A stretch of 64,000 bases of DNA from Octopus vulgaris (lineage: Eukaryota), in NCBI GenBank assembly GCA_951406725.2, contig OX597832.1:33046001-33110000 (forward strand). Direction: 5' to 3'. Position numbers and translations under genes: made by a program. A model generated the notes under the pieces. The model was not told the origin of the DNA and did not search any database. It saw only the letters and a list, made by a program, of their open reading frames with translations. Positions 45,126 to 58,394 of the stretch are shown piece by piece. How positions within the stretch are numbered: position 1 is the stretch's first letter; the number at the start of each line of letters is the position of its first letter.

Positions 45126-45176
<51 letters not shown>

Positions 45177-45178
<2 letters not shown>

Positions 45179-45557
45179 AACAAAGGCAAATAAAATCAAA
45201 ATATGCAACGGGGTATAGTGGTGATGCAGTACGACCGTTCCAAGCGACTCTATTTAATTGAACAATGCAATAATTACATCAGTTTAAATGCAGAGCTATC
45301 CTCAGCTGCACAAAAAAATTGAATATTTTAATCAGTTGGACACATTAATATAATTTTACTCAAATTCTCTAATAGAGCAAGATGAGTCAGAAACTCCATG
45401 TTGTTACTAATGTGACTGAAAATATATAATGATTGCATTGTTCAATTAAATGGAGCCGCTTGAAACGATCTTACTGCACACCTCCTGATATCCGGTTGCT
45501 TATTTCGATTATATATAATATATATAATCGAAATAAGCAACCGGATCTCAGGAGGTG
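45177..45557. mobile_element. (TA)n-flanked fold-back element built from inverted PLE pLTR-like ends
   Basis: 45195-45273 is inverted relative to 45431-45510, and 45479-45557 is a near-perfect palindrome centred on a short TA run. Confidence 0.7.
45225..45310 (-). ncRNA. Degenerate minimal hammerhead ribozyme motif
   Basis: Minus strand: tgcag-CTGAGGA-...-GGAA-cggtc-GTA-ctgca. Stem I is a perfect 5 bp. GAAA reads GGAA here but is intact in the inverted copy at 45462-45465. Confidence 0.55.
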
Positions 45558-46214
45558 ATGTATATATATATATTAAAAACGAGAGAGATATATAGAATAG
45601 TTATATAATAGATAAGACAATACATCGAAATATGTATTCCGACAAGACTAAATGTCGTCTAAATTAGAAGACAAAAAAAAAATGCCATACGCACTTTTGT
45701 TGCAGACACACGATTCTGGCTTTGGCATTGGTAATAATTGCAGGAATAATTACAGGAACCATTTCGCATCATCGTACAGAAGGAAATTTACGTATACATG
45801 TCTGTATTGCTCTCTGTAGTAGTGTACATATTTTGGGCGGGAAAAATAGAAGTTGCTTTGATACTTAGATAAGTTTCAGCCAGACTTATCACAGGCCATG
45901 TCTAACTTAATAGAAGTATCTGGGAAAGCCATTTAATGATGTTTCCTATTATAGATATCATTTAGGCATCATAGCCTATTCGTGCTAAAGCTTATCGTTT
46001 GCAGAGATATATTCGGGTGTAGGTTGTTTGTATGAAACATGCTGGAGATAATCGTCCAGGCTCCTTTTCAGTATTATGACATCCTTTTCTTCTCTTATGT
46101 GCCTTGATATGAATTTCAACAGGGCCGGATCAGTTAAGATGAAATAGTGTTGTGATGTGAGGCGAGAATTATATTTGTAGAGGATGGATGACTAAATATT
46201 TTCAAACGAGAAAA

Positions 46215-46435
46215 GGCTGCGTTCAGGAGAAGTCGTTAGTATTCCGGATAAAATGCTTAGCGGAAATTCCTTCGGTCTTACGTTTTGAGTTCAAATTCCA
46301 CCACGGTCGACTTTGCCTTTCAATGATTCTGGGTCAATTAAATACGTATCAGTCGCGCAAAGGGGGCGCTGTAATCGACTTACCACTTCCGCCATAAAAA
46401 TTGGTGGGTTTCCTCCAAAATTACGAATAATACTT
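46215..46435 (+). mobile_element. SINE family A
   Basis: aaatgcttagcggaaatt...ttacgttttgagttcaaattccaccacggtcgactttgcctttca, including a B-box-like gagttcaaattcc. Confidence 0.8.
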
Positions 46436-46552
46436 ACGAAATGTTACCTGTCAGATACTCAGGTAATGGAAATGATTGTTTTCATTCACACGAAACTTTA
46501 AACGTGATTTCGGTAAGAGTAATAGTAGTATTAGTATTAGTATTAAGTAGTG

Positions 46553-46586
<34 letters not shown>

Positions 46587-47174
46587 CAGTACCAGCAGCA
46601 GTAGCAGTAGTAGTAATGGTAGTAATAGTTCTAGTAGTAACAGCAGCAACAATAGTAGTAGTGCCAGTAGTTGTAGTAGCAGTAGTAGTAGCAGTAGTAG
46701 TAGTGGTGGTAGTAGAGCTTAAGACAATTGAAAATTTGTGGATACCTAAGTTTACAGTTAGTAACTGGCAAGACATAAATTCAACCAATGATAAGAACGA
46801 ACCTCAGTGAAATCATCAATAATAATAATAATAATGATGATAATGATTATCTTCATCATCATCATCAGGATCATCATCATTTCTTTATTGGCCACAAGGT
46901 CCGAGCACAGAACAAAAGCGGACAATTCTATAGAAACTTCACTTCTAAACCCTTAAAGTTTAAAAAATCAACGCGGTATATTAAAACAGTGAAATGTTGA
47001 CAGAATTCGGCTGCAAGAGACTCTGTCTGCAAGTCGCATGATATTATACACGAACTGTAAATCCAATATTTTGGAGATATTGTACGTTATATTTACCTCC
47101 ATCGGTCAGCGTGACTTTCTCTTTCCTGTTATTGACTTAACAATAGCCAGCTGCCTTGCTGTTGTTAGAACAAT

Positions 47175-47215
<41 letters not shown>

Positions 47216-47363
47216 ACGAGAGAGAGAGAGAGAGACGGTAATTAGAAAGTGTATAATACGCGTCAGTAAAACCACTCTTATTTTGCAAATGCGTGTGAGT
47301 GTGTGTGTGTGTGTGCGTGTATATGTTCTTATACATACATATCCGTCAGTGTATCTATACATA

Positions 47364-47407
<44 letters not shown>

Positions 47408-49034
47408 TGAGCTGTACATTTAGGTTTACATGCATGAATGCATATATATATATATGTACACATATGTATGTACATTTATATGGCTTTTCTCCTTGAATTT
47501 CATGATTTCTCTATAATTCTTGTCTAGTGCTTCTCGTTTACATTTATTTATTTCTCTTTATTTCTCTTCCATTATCTCCCTCCTTCACCTCCTCCTCTAT
47601 CAGTGACTCTCTCTCTCTCTCTCTCTTCCCTACACATACACTCTCTCTATCTATACTTTTCCTCTCTCTATTTGTGTATCATGTCGCTCATTGCCCCCTC
47701 TCACATTTTACCTCACTTCTTTGCTCACAATCTGGACTGGTAATCGATTCATTTACAACTGAAGTGTTAAGTAATTATCATTAAAAGATTAATGTGTCTT
47801 TGAAATGATGTAAGGAGTGATTTTGGCACCATTGCTAGAATATGAGCTAAGAACAACTGTAGGCGACATGACACAGGATACGGCGTTAAATAATACGTAG
47901 AGACACACTGAACAGACAAACACATGGAGTATAGTTATTTCATGGCGTCACTACTTGGACAACACAGGAGTGGTGGGACGCGGCAAGTTTTACACCACAA
48001 GAGTGAAACAAAAGACGAGAAACAGACAATATCGCTTTAGATTACACCTCTTGACTGTTGCTGTTTTTAACCAGAAAATAGCTTCTCTCATTTCACTGTT
48101 GTTACATGTCTTCAGAGCCACTTTCTCTTTGCGGCCTTACAGACCGGTCCAAGCTCTATGTTCGCTCTCGTCACCTTTCACTATTCTCACTCTGCTCGAA
48201 GTCTTACACTGATGTATTCTTAGCGGTATTTTGACACTCCTATGGCACCTCTGAGACGATGGCGCTCGGGATTCCCTATTTGTGATTTATTCTTTTCCCG
48301 AGGAGCGATACATGTGCCTACCACCAAACCACATGTTGTAAAACTTTCGTCATCCATTAAATAAGAAGTAAATATGAGATGTGTGTGCGTCTTCTTCCTC
48401 GTATTCCTCAATTTCAAATTCACATTTTTTTACCCGCTTCGTTTTGTGAGGATATGGTTATCTTCCTTGAATTAACACCTATAGTCCTTGTTTGTCGCTT
48501 TAACCGTACAGACAACCCAGTGTGTAATAGTAATTGTAGTGATTAAATAAGTAAAAAACTGCATCCAATTTAGATGATGGTTGTGTTTATGTTATTTCAT
48601 AATAACATAAAATTCCCCACATTTGAGGTGGTGAATTTTATGACATATTTCCTCACCTCAAATGTTCTTACAACCCATGTCAATCTGTTTCTAAACAAAT
48701 CCTCATTCACTGTTTACGCATTGTCTTCTAATATTATTGCCATGCTTTCTTTATGGAATGCTCTCAAGAAAATTTAACAAACGCCAGAACGTAAGCGAGC
48801 AAGACAAATCAAAAGATACAAAATATACAGTTTAATCACAAACCAGTTTCGTTGTTACCACTTACATAATCACTTACGTAGATGTCCGAAACCTGTCAGT
48901 GTGATCGTCATACCAAAATATGACGTCCGCATGAGATTGATTATGTATATAGTTCTACCTATAACATTTGGGGTTATATTTCAAAAGTCAAATTAATATT
49001 CAATTCTTCAGCTTTATTATTTTAAATTTAAATT

Positions 49035-49078
<44 letters not shown>

Positions 49079-50496
49079 GAGAGAGAGAGAGAGAGAGAGA
49101 GAAATTGTATATACAAACGCATACTCGCTGATACGTGGGCATATATCTTATGGATATGTTGTTATATACGTAAGTTTGCATGTAAATTTCTCTATACGTA
49201 TCCATGCATATACATACACAAGCAGAGACGCTTACACGTACAAAGCGGGCGAAAACAGAGAATGGTAAGCAAGATTCTGTGTGGAAGGATGACTTTCCTC
49301 TTTGAAGAGATCGTAAAATAATTTCTAATCTTCGAATGGAATCTATTTTATCGCCAAACTCTAACTTCTCATATGAAAATTATAATCATAATGACAACAA
49401 CGCATAATTGCTGGCTTTGTGCCAACATTTGAAACCATTATTATATTTATTAATTGTTATTGAATAATGATTTATATAAAAGCCATAATTTCTATCTATA
49501 ATTAATGTTTATGCCAACGGACAAAGTCTCTCTCTCAATATATAATATTTTATGTCTGTTGATTGTTATCTTTTATTCTCTTACAATCTCTGTTTAGTGA
49601 TCTTAAATGTTTTTCAACCAAAATATATCTTTACAGTGACTGTAAAAAGATTCGTACAGAAAGACGTCTGCCCTCGTACTGGACATTGAAAGGACGTCCT
49701 TGAGTGGCGTTTGCGTTGGAGGCTGGGGATGGAACGGTCAAAATGACAATGGCTGCTCACCAGTTCTCAAAACAATATTGCTCTTCGGTTTTACCTTTAT
49801 TCACCTCATCGTCGTCGTTGCTGGCTTCATCGTCATCATCATCGTCATCGCAGTCGTCGTCGTTATCATCCTTTTCCTTATTATAATTGTATTCTTCATC
49901 GTCATAACCCCATTCTAATTGTCGTTGTTGTCGATATCATCATTATCATCATCATCATCCTCCTCATCATCATCATCATCCTCACCATTATTATCGTCGT
50001 CAACGTGGAATTTGTCATCGTCATTGTATGTTCAGGTCGGCGGAATTAAGCTGACTTTGATGGAAGTAATCTGAGAATGGAAATTTGCCCTCCAGAAACC
50101 ATCCAACGTGAACCAGCAAATACTTTTTAATGAATTCTACTTGCTCTAATTACCCATCAAATTAATTTCAATTTACATTCGGATAACTTTAGTCCGCATA
50201 ATCAAGTAGTAGATATGTTATGTCTACTTATACGACGAGAGGGTCATGCCTAGAACACACATGATACATGTCTACATAAATTACAATTAACCTGAGGCAA
50301 CGACCGGGTACTTAGGAAATTCCTTTGATGAGACGGCAGTCGTAATATGTGACAATGTTTTAACAACAAAATAATACTGAATATATTTCCTTTGGTTAAA
50401 ATATTGAGTCCCATTTTATGGCGATACCAAGATTACATCACCAATTCCAGCTCTCAGTGCCGTTCTCTCTCTCTCGCTTCTGCCTACGTACATATG

Positions 50497-50571
<75 letters not shown>

Positions 50572-50762
50572 ATATATATGTAAAAGTTAAAAAAATACAC
50601 AAACTGGGACAAGAACGTGAAACATTTAGAAGACGATAAAAAAACGACAAAAAAACACAGACGGGACTTTCGAAGCTCTCAGTCATATACATATACACAT
50701 ATGTATATATATATACATATATGTATATATACATATATATATATGTATATATATACATATAC

Positions 50763-50804
<42 letters not shown>

Positions 50805-51028
50805 GTGTGTGTCTGTCTGTCTGTCTATCTCTCTTTGCGCCCACTACCGGTGTGAACCGGTCTTGGTGCCTTCTACGTCTCCCTGAGTAGTGGTTCATCA
50901 AAAGAAATGATACCATAATTGACAGTTTTCAAAGAAAAACACTGGAGTCAATTTGTTCGGCTAAAAGAATTTTTCATTGGGGTGCCCCAGCATGGTCGCA
51001 ATCTGATTCTGAAACAAGGATAAAACAT

Positions 51029-51070
<42 letters not shown>

Positions 51071-51099
51071 GTATATAAATATATATATATATATATAAT

Positions 51100-51651
51100 C
51101 TTTTTTAGTTTCAGCTCAGAGCTGTGGCCATGCTGGGACACCGCCATTTTGATACCCTCTGTTATTACTGCGAGCCTCCTCTAATATGTGGCACTTGGTG
51201 AAGAATGGAGTTTGATGTCACTACTCTAATATGCACCTCTTCCCGTGAGGTAAGTTCATATAGGACTCTCAACAGGAAAAAAGTCCAGTTTTGATTTGAA
51301 GACACCTACATCTACATTCTGTAGATTCCTCAAGCTCTTTGGGAGAGTATTATAAAGCTGTGGGCCCCTGAAACCCAGGCAGTTGCAGTAACTGGTCCTG
51401 AAGCACGATGGCATTGCTGGGATTTTTGGCACTGTGCAGTATCGACCCGTTCTGGCATTAGTGTAGCTTTCAAAGCCAAAATTTGGCCCAATTCCTTCAA
51501 GGGTCTTCCAGATGTAAATTACTGCATACCTCTCCGGCCTTCGCTCCAGGGAGTAGAGTTTTAGCTGTTTCAGCATTTCCCAGTAGATGAGCTGTTTCAA
51601 TGAGACGATCTTCTTTGTTAAGCTTAGCTGGATTGCTACAAAGCACCCCAA
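51100..51651 (-). mobile_element. 5'-truncated CR1/L2-group LINE 3' end (post-RT C-terminus plus 3' tail)
   Basis: ORF 51256-51651: YWEMLKQLKLYSLERRPERYAVIYIWK...FRGPQLYNTLPKSLRN...FKSKLDFF. Tail ggcggtgtcccagcatggccacagctctgagctgaaact. Confidence 0.85.
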
Positions 51652-52589
51652 GTAAGAAGTAAATGAGTGGAAACTTTACCGGGGAGTGTGTTACATAATA
51701 AGGCACTAAAAGAGAATGACTCTCCTCAGAAACAACAAAATATGCTTCAACACACGAACTCACATAAGGAATCTTGCAAACCAAATCCCAAAACGAAGAA
51801 TACACACACACATACTTACATACACACACACACACACACATATGTATATATGTGAAGTATTCCCATTTTATCTACGAATTTCCCCAACGAGGCATTCGTC
51901 GACCAGTGGCTATAGCAAGGTGCTGCTCACTAGGACTGGACTTAACACGACGTCGTAGCCAATGAGCTTCTTGTTTAAGCAACTCTTTCTGGACACACAT
52001 GGAAACAGATGACGAGTCACTGCGGGTTTGCTCGATTCGCTGCATATACATGAAGATCAGATAATGCTACGTGAATGTCAACCAGTATGCATAACCATAG
52101 AGCTATATTTGTACAATTGTATGTGTTTACATATTTTTGCTGGCGATCACATTTTGTATGCGTGTTTGTGCGTGCATGTGCGTTTATACGTGAGTGTTCC
52201 TCTGTGTGACGGTGTGTGTGTATGTCTCCGTATCTGTGAGTGAATGACTCAACTGTAAGAAACAAAAACTGTGCTGTAATCACTCATGATTTTCAAACGC
52301 ACTAAAAACGGCTAATCATGCAGTTCTGTAATTGTTTTGCTTCTGACATTTTCTCAACGTCATGAAGAACAGCAACAACAAAAACAAGGGCATCGTTAGC
52401 GACAACAACAACCATAAACGAATCTATTGTTCTACTCTTTGTTGACGTCGCACTTTCCATAAACTTAATATGTATTGTGTTCCTATGTCACCATTTGGAT
52501 TCTATTCGGTTGATCACCATGTCACGTCCGGTATGTCTGTGTGTGCGCGTGTATGTGTGTATGTGTGTTGTGTGTGTGTATGTGTGTGC

Positions 52590-52639
<50 letters not shown>

Positions 52640-52780
52640 TTGTGTGTGTGTGTTGTGTGTGTGTAGATATATACATATGTACATACACATGTGCGCAAGC
52701 ATATATGAAAAGAGAGAGAAACGCGGACACGCAAGAGAGACAGGTTAAAGGTTAGAAATGTATAGATGATAGAGAAGGGG

Positions 52781-52819
<39 letters not shown>

Positions 52820-53424
52820 TACATACGTACATGTATACATACAGAGGTAGTGTGGGAGAGAGAGAGAGAGAGAGAAATGGAGAGAGAGAGAGAAATGGAG
52901 AGAGAGAGAGAAATGGAGAGAGAGAGAGAGAGCGGTGTATGATTGCTTGTGTTTTACCAAGTTACCTACTTTAGGTTTACATGTCTGTGTATCTGATTAG
53001 AGAGGAGAATAGTGAATAAAAAGAGGCGTAGAAATTAGGAGATTAAAATGGCGGATTGTTTCTCTAAATAATTGTTCTGAACACTGAACACACGATTGAA
53101 CAGAAAAAAAGAAGAGAAAGAAATAAGAAAATCCTCTCAAAGGGAAGATAAATTTACAAATCATCCCGATGTTAATTTTGTTTAAAAACAAAAACACTTT
53201 CTAATTAACAGAAGATTTCCTTGCTATTTTTTTCCTTTTGAATAGAATTTGTATTTATATAGAAGCTAGTGTACGTTCTATTCAGATTTGAGAAAATGCA
53301 TTCATGACAGTTGTTATGAATTGGCAGAAACGGCCTATATTTTCAGGGATGTGTGATGGGAAAATAAAATACTTATTGTCTCTACAATCGTGACTATTCC
53401 ATGTAAATGACTCATTGGATTTCA

Positions 53425-53482
<58 letters not shown>

Positions 53483-53584
53483 GTACGTATGTATATATGA
53501 ATGTATGTATCAAGATTAATCAGCCGTATATATGTATATGTGTGTATACTCTATGTATCTGTGTATGTATGTATTTATGTGTTT

Positions 53585-53778
53585 GTGTTTGTCCCCTCCC
53601 CTACAATCATTTGACAGCCGATATTGGTGTATTTACGTCCCCGTAATTTACCGGTTCGGCAATAGAGACCGATAGAATAACTACTAGGCTTACAAAGTAT
53701 AAGTTCTGGGGTCGATTTGTTCGACTAAAGGTGATCCTCCAGCATGGCCTCAGTCAACTAGCTAAAACAAGTAAAAGA
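53585..53778 (+). mobile_element. SINE family B, 3' half
   Basis: ttggtgtatttacgtccccgtaattta...ggggtcgatttgttcgactaaaggtgatcctccagcatggcc matches 57670-57826. Confidence 0.85.
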
Positions 53779-53844
53779 ATATATCAGATTGAATCGAATT
53801 ACATTCCCGTTGGAAAAATTGGTAGAATGTTGGTAGAATAAGCA

Positions 53845-54085
53845 TAACTGGCTGTTGTCGATTACGACGACAATTGTTCCAGTTAATCCGATCGATGGAA
53901 AAGCCGGCTCGTGAGATTAACGTAAACGGGGTTGAGCACTTCATAGACGCACGAACCCTTTACATAGTTCTCAGGGAGATTCATCATGACATCGAATGTG
54001 ACAAAACTGACCCTTTGAATTACAGGCACATCTCATCTTTGCCAGCTGAGACTTCTGGTGTAACGATGAATCGTTTTTCGTAAGA
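53845..54085 (-). mobile_element. CORE-type SINE body, degenerate
   Basis: gttccagttaatccgatcgatggaaaagcc is the reverse complement of the tail at 62920-62980, followed by ...ctttgaattacagg...tttgccagctgag. Confidence 0.55.
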
Positions 54086-54464
54086 GCGCCCTCTTGAATT
54101 ACCGTAGACATAATTGAAATTAAGACCCAAATCATTTCTGTCCCCGAATAAGAAGACACTAGCCAAATGGCATTCTAGTTTTATATTATCATAAATTATT
54201 TATATATGAAATACTTTTGTTTGGAAGTATATTTAATAACCTTCAAGTAAACAAAAACACCAGCAGCAGCAGCAGGAGATATTATCTTTGATGAAAATAA
54301 ATAATTTTCTTTTTTACAGTTTTTATTCATTCAACTTTTCATTTATTCTTTGTTATATATTCTAAATTAATTTCTTTCATTTTTTCTAAATTAATAGATA
54401 ATTTTTTAATTTTTATTTTAAATCATATTTTACACATTACTCAAATAATTTATTTCCTGTCACT

Positions 54465-54585
54465 GGTTCCAAATTTTTGCACAAGGCCAGCAAGTTCAGG
54501 GAGAGGTGTAAGTCCATTACATCGACTACAGCACAGGACTGGTATTTATTTTACCGTCCCCGAAACTATGAAAGGCGAATTCGAG
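54465..54585 (-). mobile_element. SINE family A, 3' part
   Basis: caaatttttgcacaaggccagcaag...attacatcgac...actggtatttattttaccgtccccgaaactatgaaaggc matches 14378-14485. Confidence 0.75.
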
Positions 54586-55329
54586 CGAAAATATAGACTT
54601 CTATCATCTTATTTAGGGATCTCAACATACGACGAGTTCATTTTTAAGATGGTGAGTTGCACCAGAGTAAAGGTACCGCGCATCGTATCATCCAGACAAA
54701 TACATTATTCCCTAAGAATATGTGAAAATTTTTCGTTTAATTCAGACTCTGGAAAACTCGAATCAGTTATCCCTAAGTGGCGGGTTTCGTCTGAGAGATA
54801 TTTTGGTTGCTATTTCCAGCAGATCACGCGATATTGTAATGTGTTGTACGCTCATTACATTGCAATTGTTTGGTTATGATTTTACTTAAAATAATTATAT
54901 CATTAGCTGGCGCTTCTTACTAAAATTACACCTCATGCACAAGCATTACTCATTGTTTTATTAGAATTTTGTGTTTCAAAATGTGATCACATTATTGATT
55001 TGCTTGTTGTTAAGAAGGGTTATATTTCAGATTGATGTGTCTTGTTTTATGAAAGCCTCCTTGCATTTGTCAATCATATTTGAATTAAATATTTAATAGC
55101 AACGCTTCAAGTTTCATCCATCATATAATAATGTTTTGCATTAATTGAACGTTTCATAACCCGTGGTACTATTGCATCTGGTCTTATAGACAAAGACGGT
55201 GTTTGCTTACCAAATTAGTAAGGGAATACAAGGCTCGCATCCATTGAATAAGTAGAATTCTACACATCTAAGTTTTAAACTCACATTTTAAAAATATATC
55301 GAGAAGTGTATAAATAATATAATACATAG

Positions 55330-55472
55330 ACGCAAACGTGTCTGTGTGATAAGACGCTTCCTTCCCAAGCACATGGTTCTGGGTTAGGTTCCACTGCGAG
55401 GCACCTTAGGCACGTATCTTCTACTAAGGCCTATGGAGAATTTGGTACACGGAAACTGAAAGAAGTCCGCCG
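55330..55472 (+). mobile_element. SINE family B, 5' half (3' half at 57610-57840)
   Basis: gtgtgataagacgcttccttccca..cacatggttctgggtt...ggcacctt...ggaaactgaaagaagtccgccg, followed by (TA)n. Confidence 0.85.
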
Positions 55473-55486
55473 TATATATATGTATG

Positions 55487-55569
<83 letters not shown>

Positions 55570-55602
55570 GTATGTATGTATATATATATATATATATATA
55601 TA

Positions 55603-55810
55603 TAACGGGAAGCTTTATGAAAATAAACAAAAGACGAAGGCAGGTGGAAAACAAACGAACAATTGTATTAGTATGGCGCTCAGGAAATATAAATAAAACA
55701 AGTCTTTAACGTTTCGAGCCTACGCTCTTCAACAGAAAGATACACAGAGAGAGAAAAACACAGAAAGAAGGAGAGAAAAAAAATGCGTGCAGTAGCTAAC
55801 GAATCAACAT
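55603..55810 (-). mobile_element. ~208-bp solo pLTR-like element inside (TA)n, carrying a compact hammerhead motif
   Basis: Unique island with (TA)n on both sides; motif at 55703-55740. Confidence 0.65.
55703..55740 (-). ncRNA. 38-nt minimal hammerhead-like motif (A6 substituted)
   Basis: Minus strand: tcttt-CTGTTGA-a-gagc gtag gctc-GAAA-cg-TT-aaaga. Stems I and II are perfect and stem III is palindromic (AACGTT). Confidence 0.55.
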
Positions 55811-55870
55811 ATATATATATATGTATACATATATATATATATACATATATATATATACATATACATATAT

Positions 55871-55934
<64 letters not shown>

Positions 55935-55937
<3 letters not shown>

Positions 55938-56396
55938 GTAGGTGTCATACGAATGGATATATATTTATAAAAAGGAAGTTTGAAAACGCCACTATATAAG
56001 ACAAATTTTAATTTTCTGTTTCGGATCTTCTTGAAAAACGAACCTTATCAAAAATATTTTCAAAAGTTAAGTGTAATAAAAAAAAGTTCATAAATGTTTC
56101 TTACTAGTCTCGACAGAGTCCACGTGGTGGTGGTTTGTGGGGGGGGGGCATAGTGGCCGTCTTGTGCGTTGGCTAGAATCGTTGGTTGTAATCCGTTAGT
56201 AGTAGTGACTGTGGTGGTGGTGGTGGTGGTTGGAGTTATAGTAGCAGTTCATTGGCTATAGTAGTAGTTGGAGTAGTAGTAGCAGCAGCAGTGGAAGTGA
56301 CTGTTGGCTGTAATAGCAGCATCGTTGGTCGTAGTAATAGTAGTGACCGTGGTGGTTGGATTCGTAGCAGTAGTTCATTGGCTATAGTAGTAGTAA

Positions 56397-56438
<42 letters not shown>

Positions 56439-57577
56439 AAATGACCGTTGGCTGTAATAGCAGCAGTAGCAGAGACCGTTGTTTGCAGTAGTAGTAGTGA
56501 TCGTGGTGGTAATGGTACTGGTAGTTGGAGTTGTAGAATTCCTTTTTTTCTTTTTGGATAACCAATATATGGTTTTAATGTTCCTGGCCCAGGGTGTTTA
56601 AACTTGGTCGGAATTTTTTAATGCAATGGAGTTCTTTGTTATGACGTTGAGTGAAAGTTACGTTGTTATCGAATTGGTAAAGTGGCAAAGTTGTGAATGT
56701 TGGATTTTTATTTGATGCACATCTATGTGGCCGCTGACAGGCATTTTCCTGTATTCATGATTCCTAATTTGGGAATTATGTACTGTGATCCTTTTCCGTC
56801 GGCTGTTTTTCGTATGGCCAATATATTGCCTATTGCATCCTGCGCATGTTATCACGTAAATTAAGTTTCCCGATGCACAGGTGAAGTTTGTTCTGATGGT
56901 AAAATGATGGCCTTGTTCTAATGTATATTCCGAACCTTCTACTAAGATGGCACAGATCCCGCAGTTGAGCTTTCCATATATTTTAACTGTTGACTTTGTG
57001 GTTGTTATTGGGTGGAGTTTAGCCTGGGTTAAAATCTTCTTTAAGGATTTTGGTTGCCGTTTACTTTTTATGATGATGCACGTTTGGAGGATTTAGTTCC
57101 ACTTTGGGTCTCCCTTGAGAAGGGCTGTGTTGAAGGCCTCATTCTTAAGTGGGTTGTGTGTGGAGATGTAGGGTAGGGCTTTTAATTTTTCTTCCTTTTT
57201 GGTTTTGGTTGTCTCAGATCTTCTAGATTTAATTTAAGTGGTCGTTGGATTGTATTGTCTAATAGGGGTTGTGCATAATTCCTATTTATGAGTGTAGTTC
57301 TGAGTTCCTGGAGACGTGCATGTCGGACGCTTGTGTCTAATACTATTTTGCAAATCCTTCTGGCTAAACAGAAAGGGATATTCATTCTTGAGTGTCTTTG
57401 GTGACATGAGTCAAATGGCAGGTACCGCTTTCAATCTGTCGGGTTATAATAGATATCCGTCTCTATTTTGTTGCAGAATTTCTTAATGAGGATGTCTAGA
57501 AATGGTAGTTTTTCTCGGTTATGTTCTATCGTAAATCGAATGTTTTCATTAATTCCATTTAGTAGTATTTTAAATTC
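55935..57577 (-). pseudogene. 5'-truncated Penelope-like element (RT C-terminus, GIY-YIG, repeat-rich 3' region)
   Basis: NIRFTIEHNREKLPFLDILI...ETDIYYNPTD*KRYLPFDSCH...NIPFCLARRICKIV...NCGICA...FTCASGNLIYVITCAGCNRQYIGHT...RITVHNSQI. Coding remnant ~57577-56578; same type as 31860-33045; both ends meet (TA)n. Confidence 0.92.
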
Positions 57578-57609
57578 ATATATATATATATACATATGTA
57601 TATATATAT

Positions 57610-57840
57610 ATATGTGTGTGTGTGTGTGCGTGTTTTCGTATGTGTATACCCCCATTATTACTTGACAACTGGTGTTGGTGTGTTTACGATCCCGTAACTT
57701 AGCAGTTCAGCAAAAGAGGCAGATAGAAGAAGTAGCAGGCTAGAAAAATAAGTACTGGTGTTGATTCATTCGGCTAAAATTTCAAGGTGGTGCCCCAGCA
57801 TGGCCGCAGTCTAATGACTGAAACAAATATAAAAGATAAA
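57610..57840 (+). mobile_element. SINE family B, 3' half
   Basis: cttgacaactggtgttggtgtgtttacgatcccgtaacttagcagttc...aaggtggtgccccagcatggccgcagtctaatgactgaaac. Confidence 0.85.
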
Positions 57841-57906
57841 TTTATAATTGCGTGCGCGTGCGTGCGTGAGTGTACGTTTGAGTGTGTAAGTGTGTATGTA
57901 TGTACG

Positions 57907-57963
<57 letters not shown>

Positions 57964-58394
57964 TATATTTAAAAGGAGAATTCGGGTAGTTTTAACAATT
58001 TAGAATAATAATACAATATATACTCAGCTATAAAACAGGTGTATACAAATCATTAAATATATTTAATGTATCGCTCTTTAAAATATTTTTAAAATATTAA
58101 AAATTTACAGTCACATGAATATATGAAAGTTTAATAGACAAACATGGGTAGAAAAACCATACCGATGTATAATAATATATTAGCATCTTGAAAGATATAT
58201 ATTGAAAACATCGTCTTACTTGCAGAATAAGAGCATTTTTGAAAAAGATATAAAACTATTAACAAATAAAAGTGTAAATCCACGCGAAAAGGTGAATCAA
58301 GAAATATTTAAGCTTCCATCTGCATGCTTAAACATTTCTTTATTCTCAGTTGAATGTGCTCTGACCAAAGTTAAACGGAAGAGTAATGCTGAAT

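Noticed and set aside
48200-48520. Minus-strand MDDESF motif suggesting a mariner fragment
   Set aside because: No other catalytic motifs could be aligned.
50288-50315. cctgaggcaacgaccgggtac, reminiscent of a Helitron 3' hairpin
   Set aside because: The hairpin is imperfect and the terminal CTRR is missing.
56010-56056. Minus-strand TTGATAA-ggttc...gatcc-GAAA hammerhead-like remnant at the PLE 3' end
   Set aside because: Two core substitutions and no cleavage triplet or stem I; too decayed to call.
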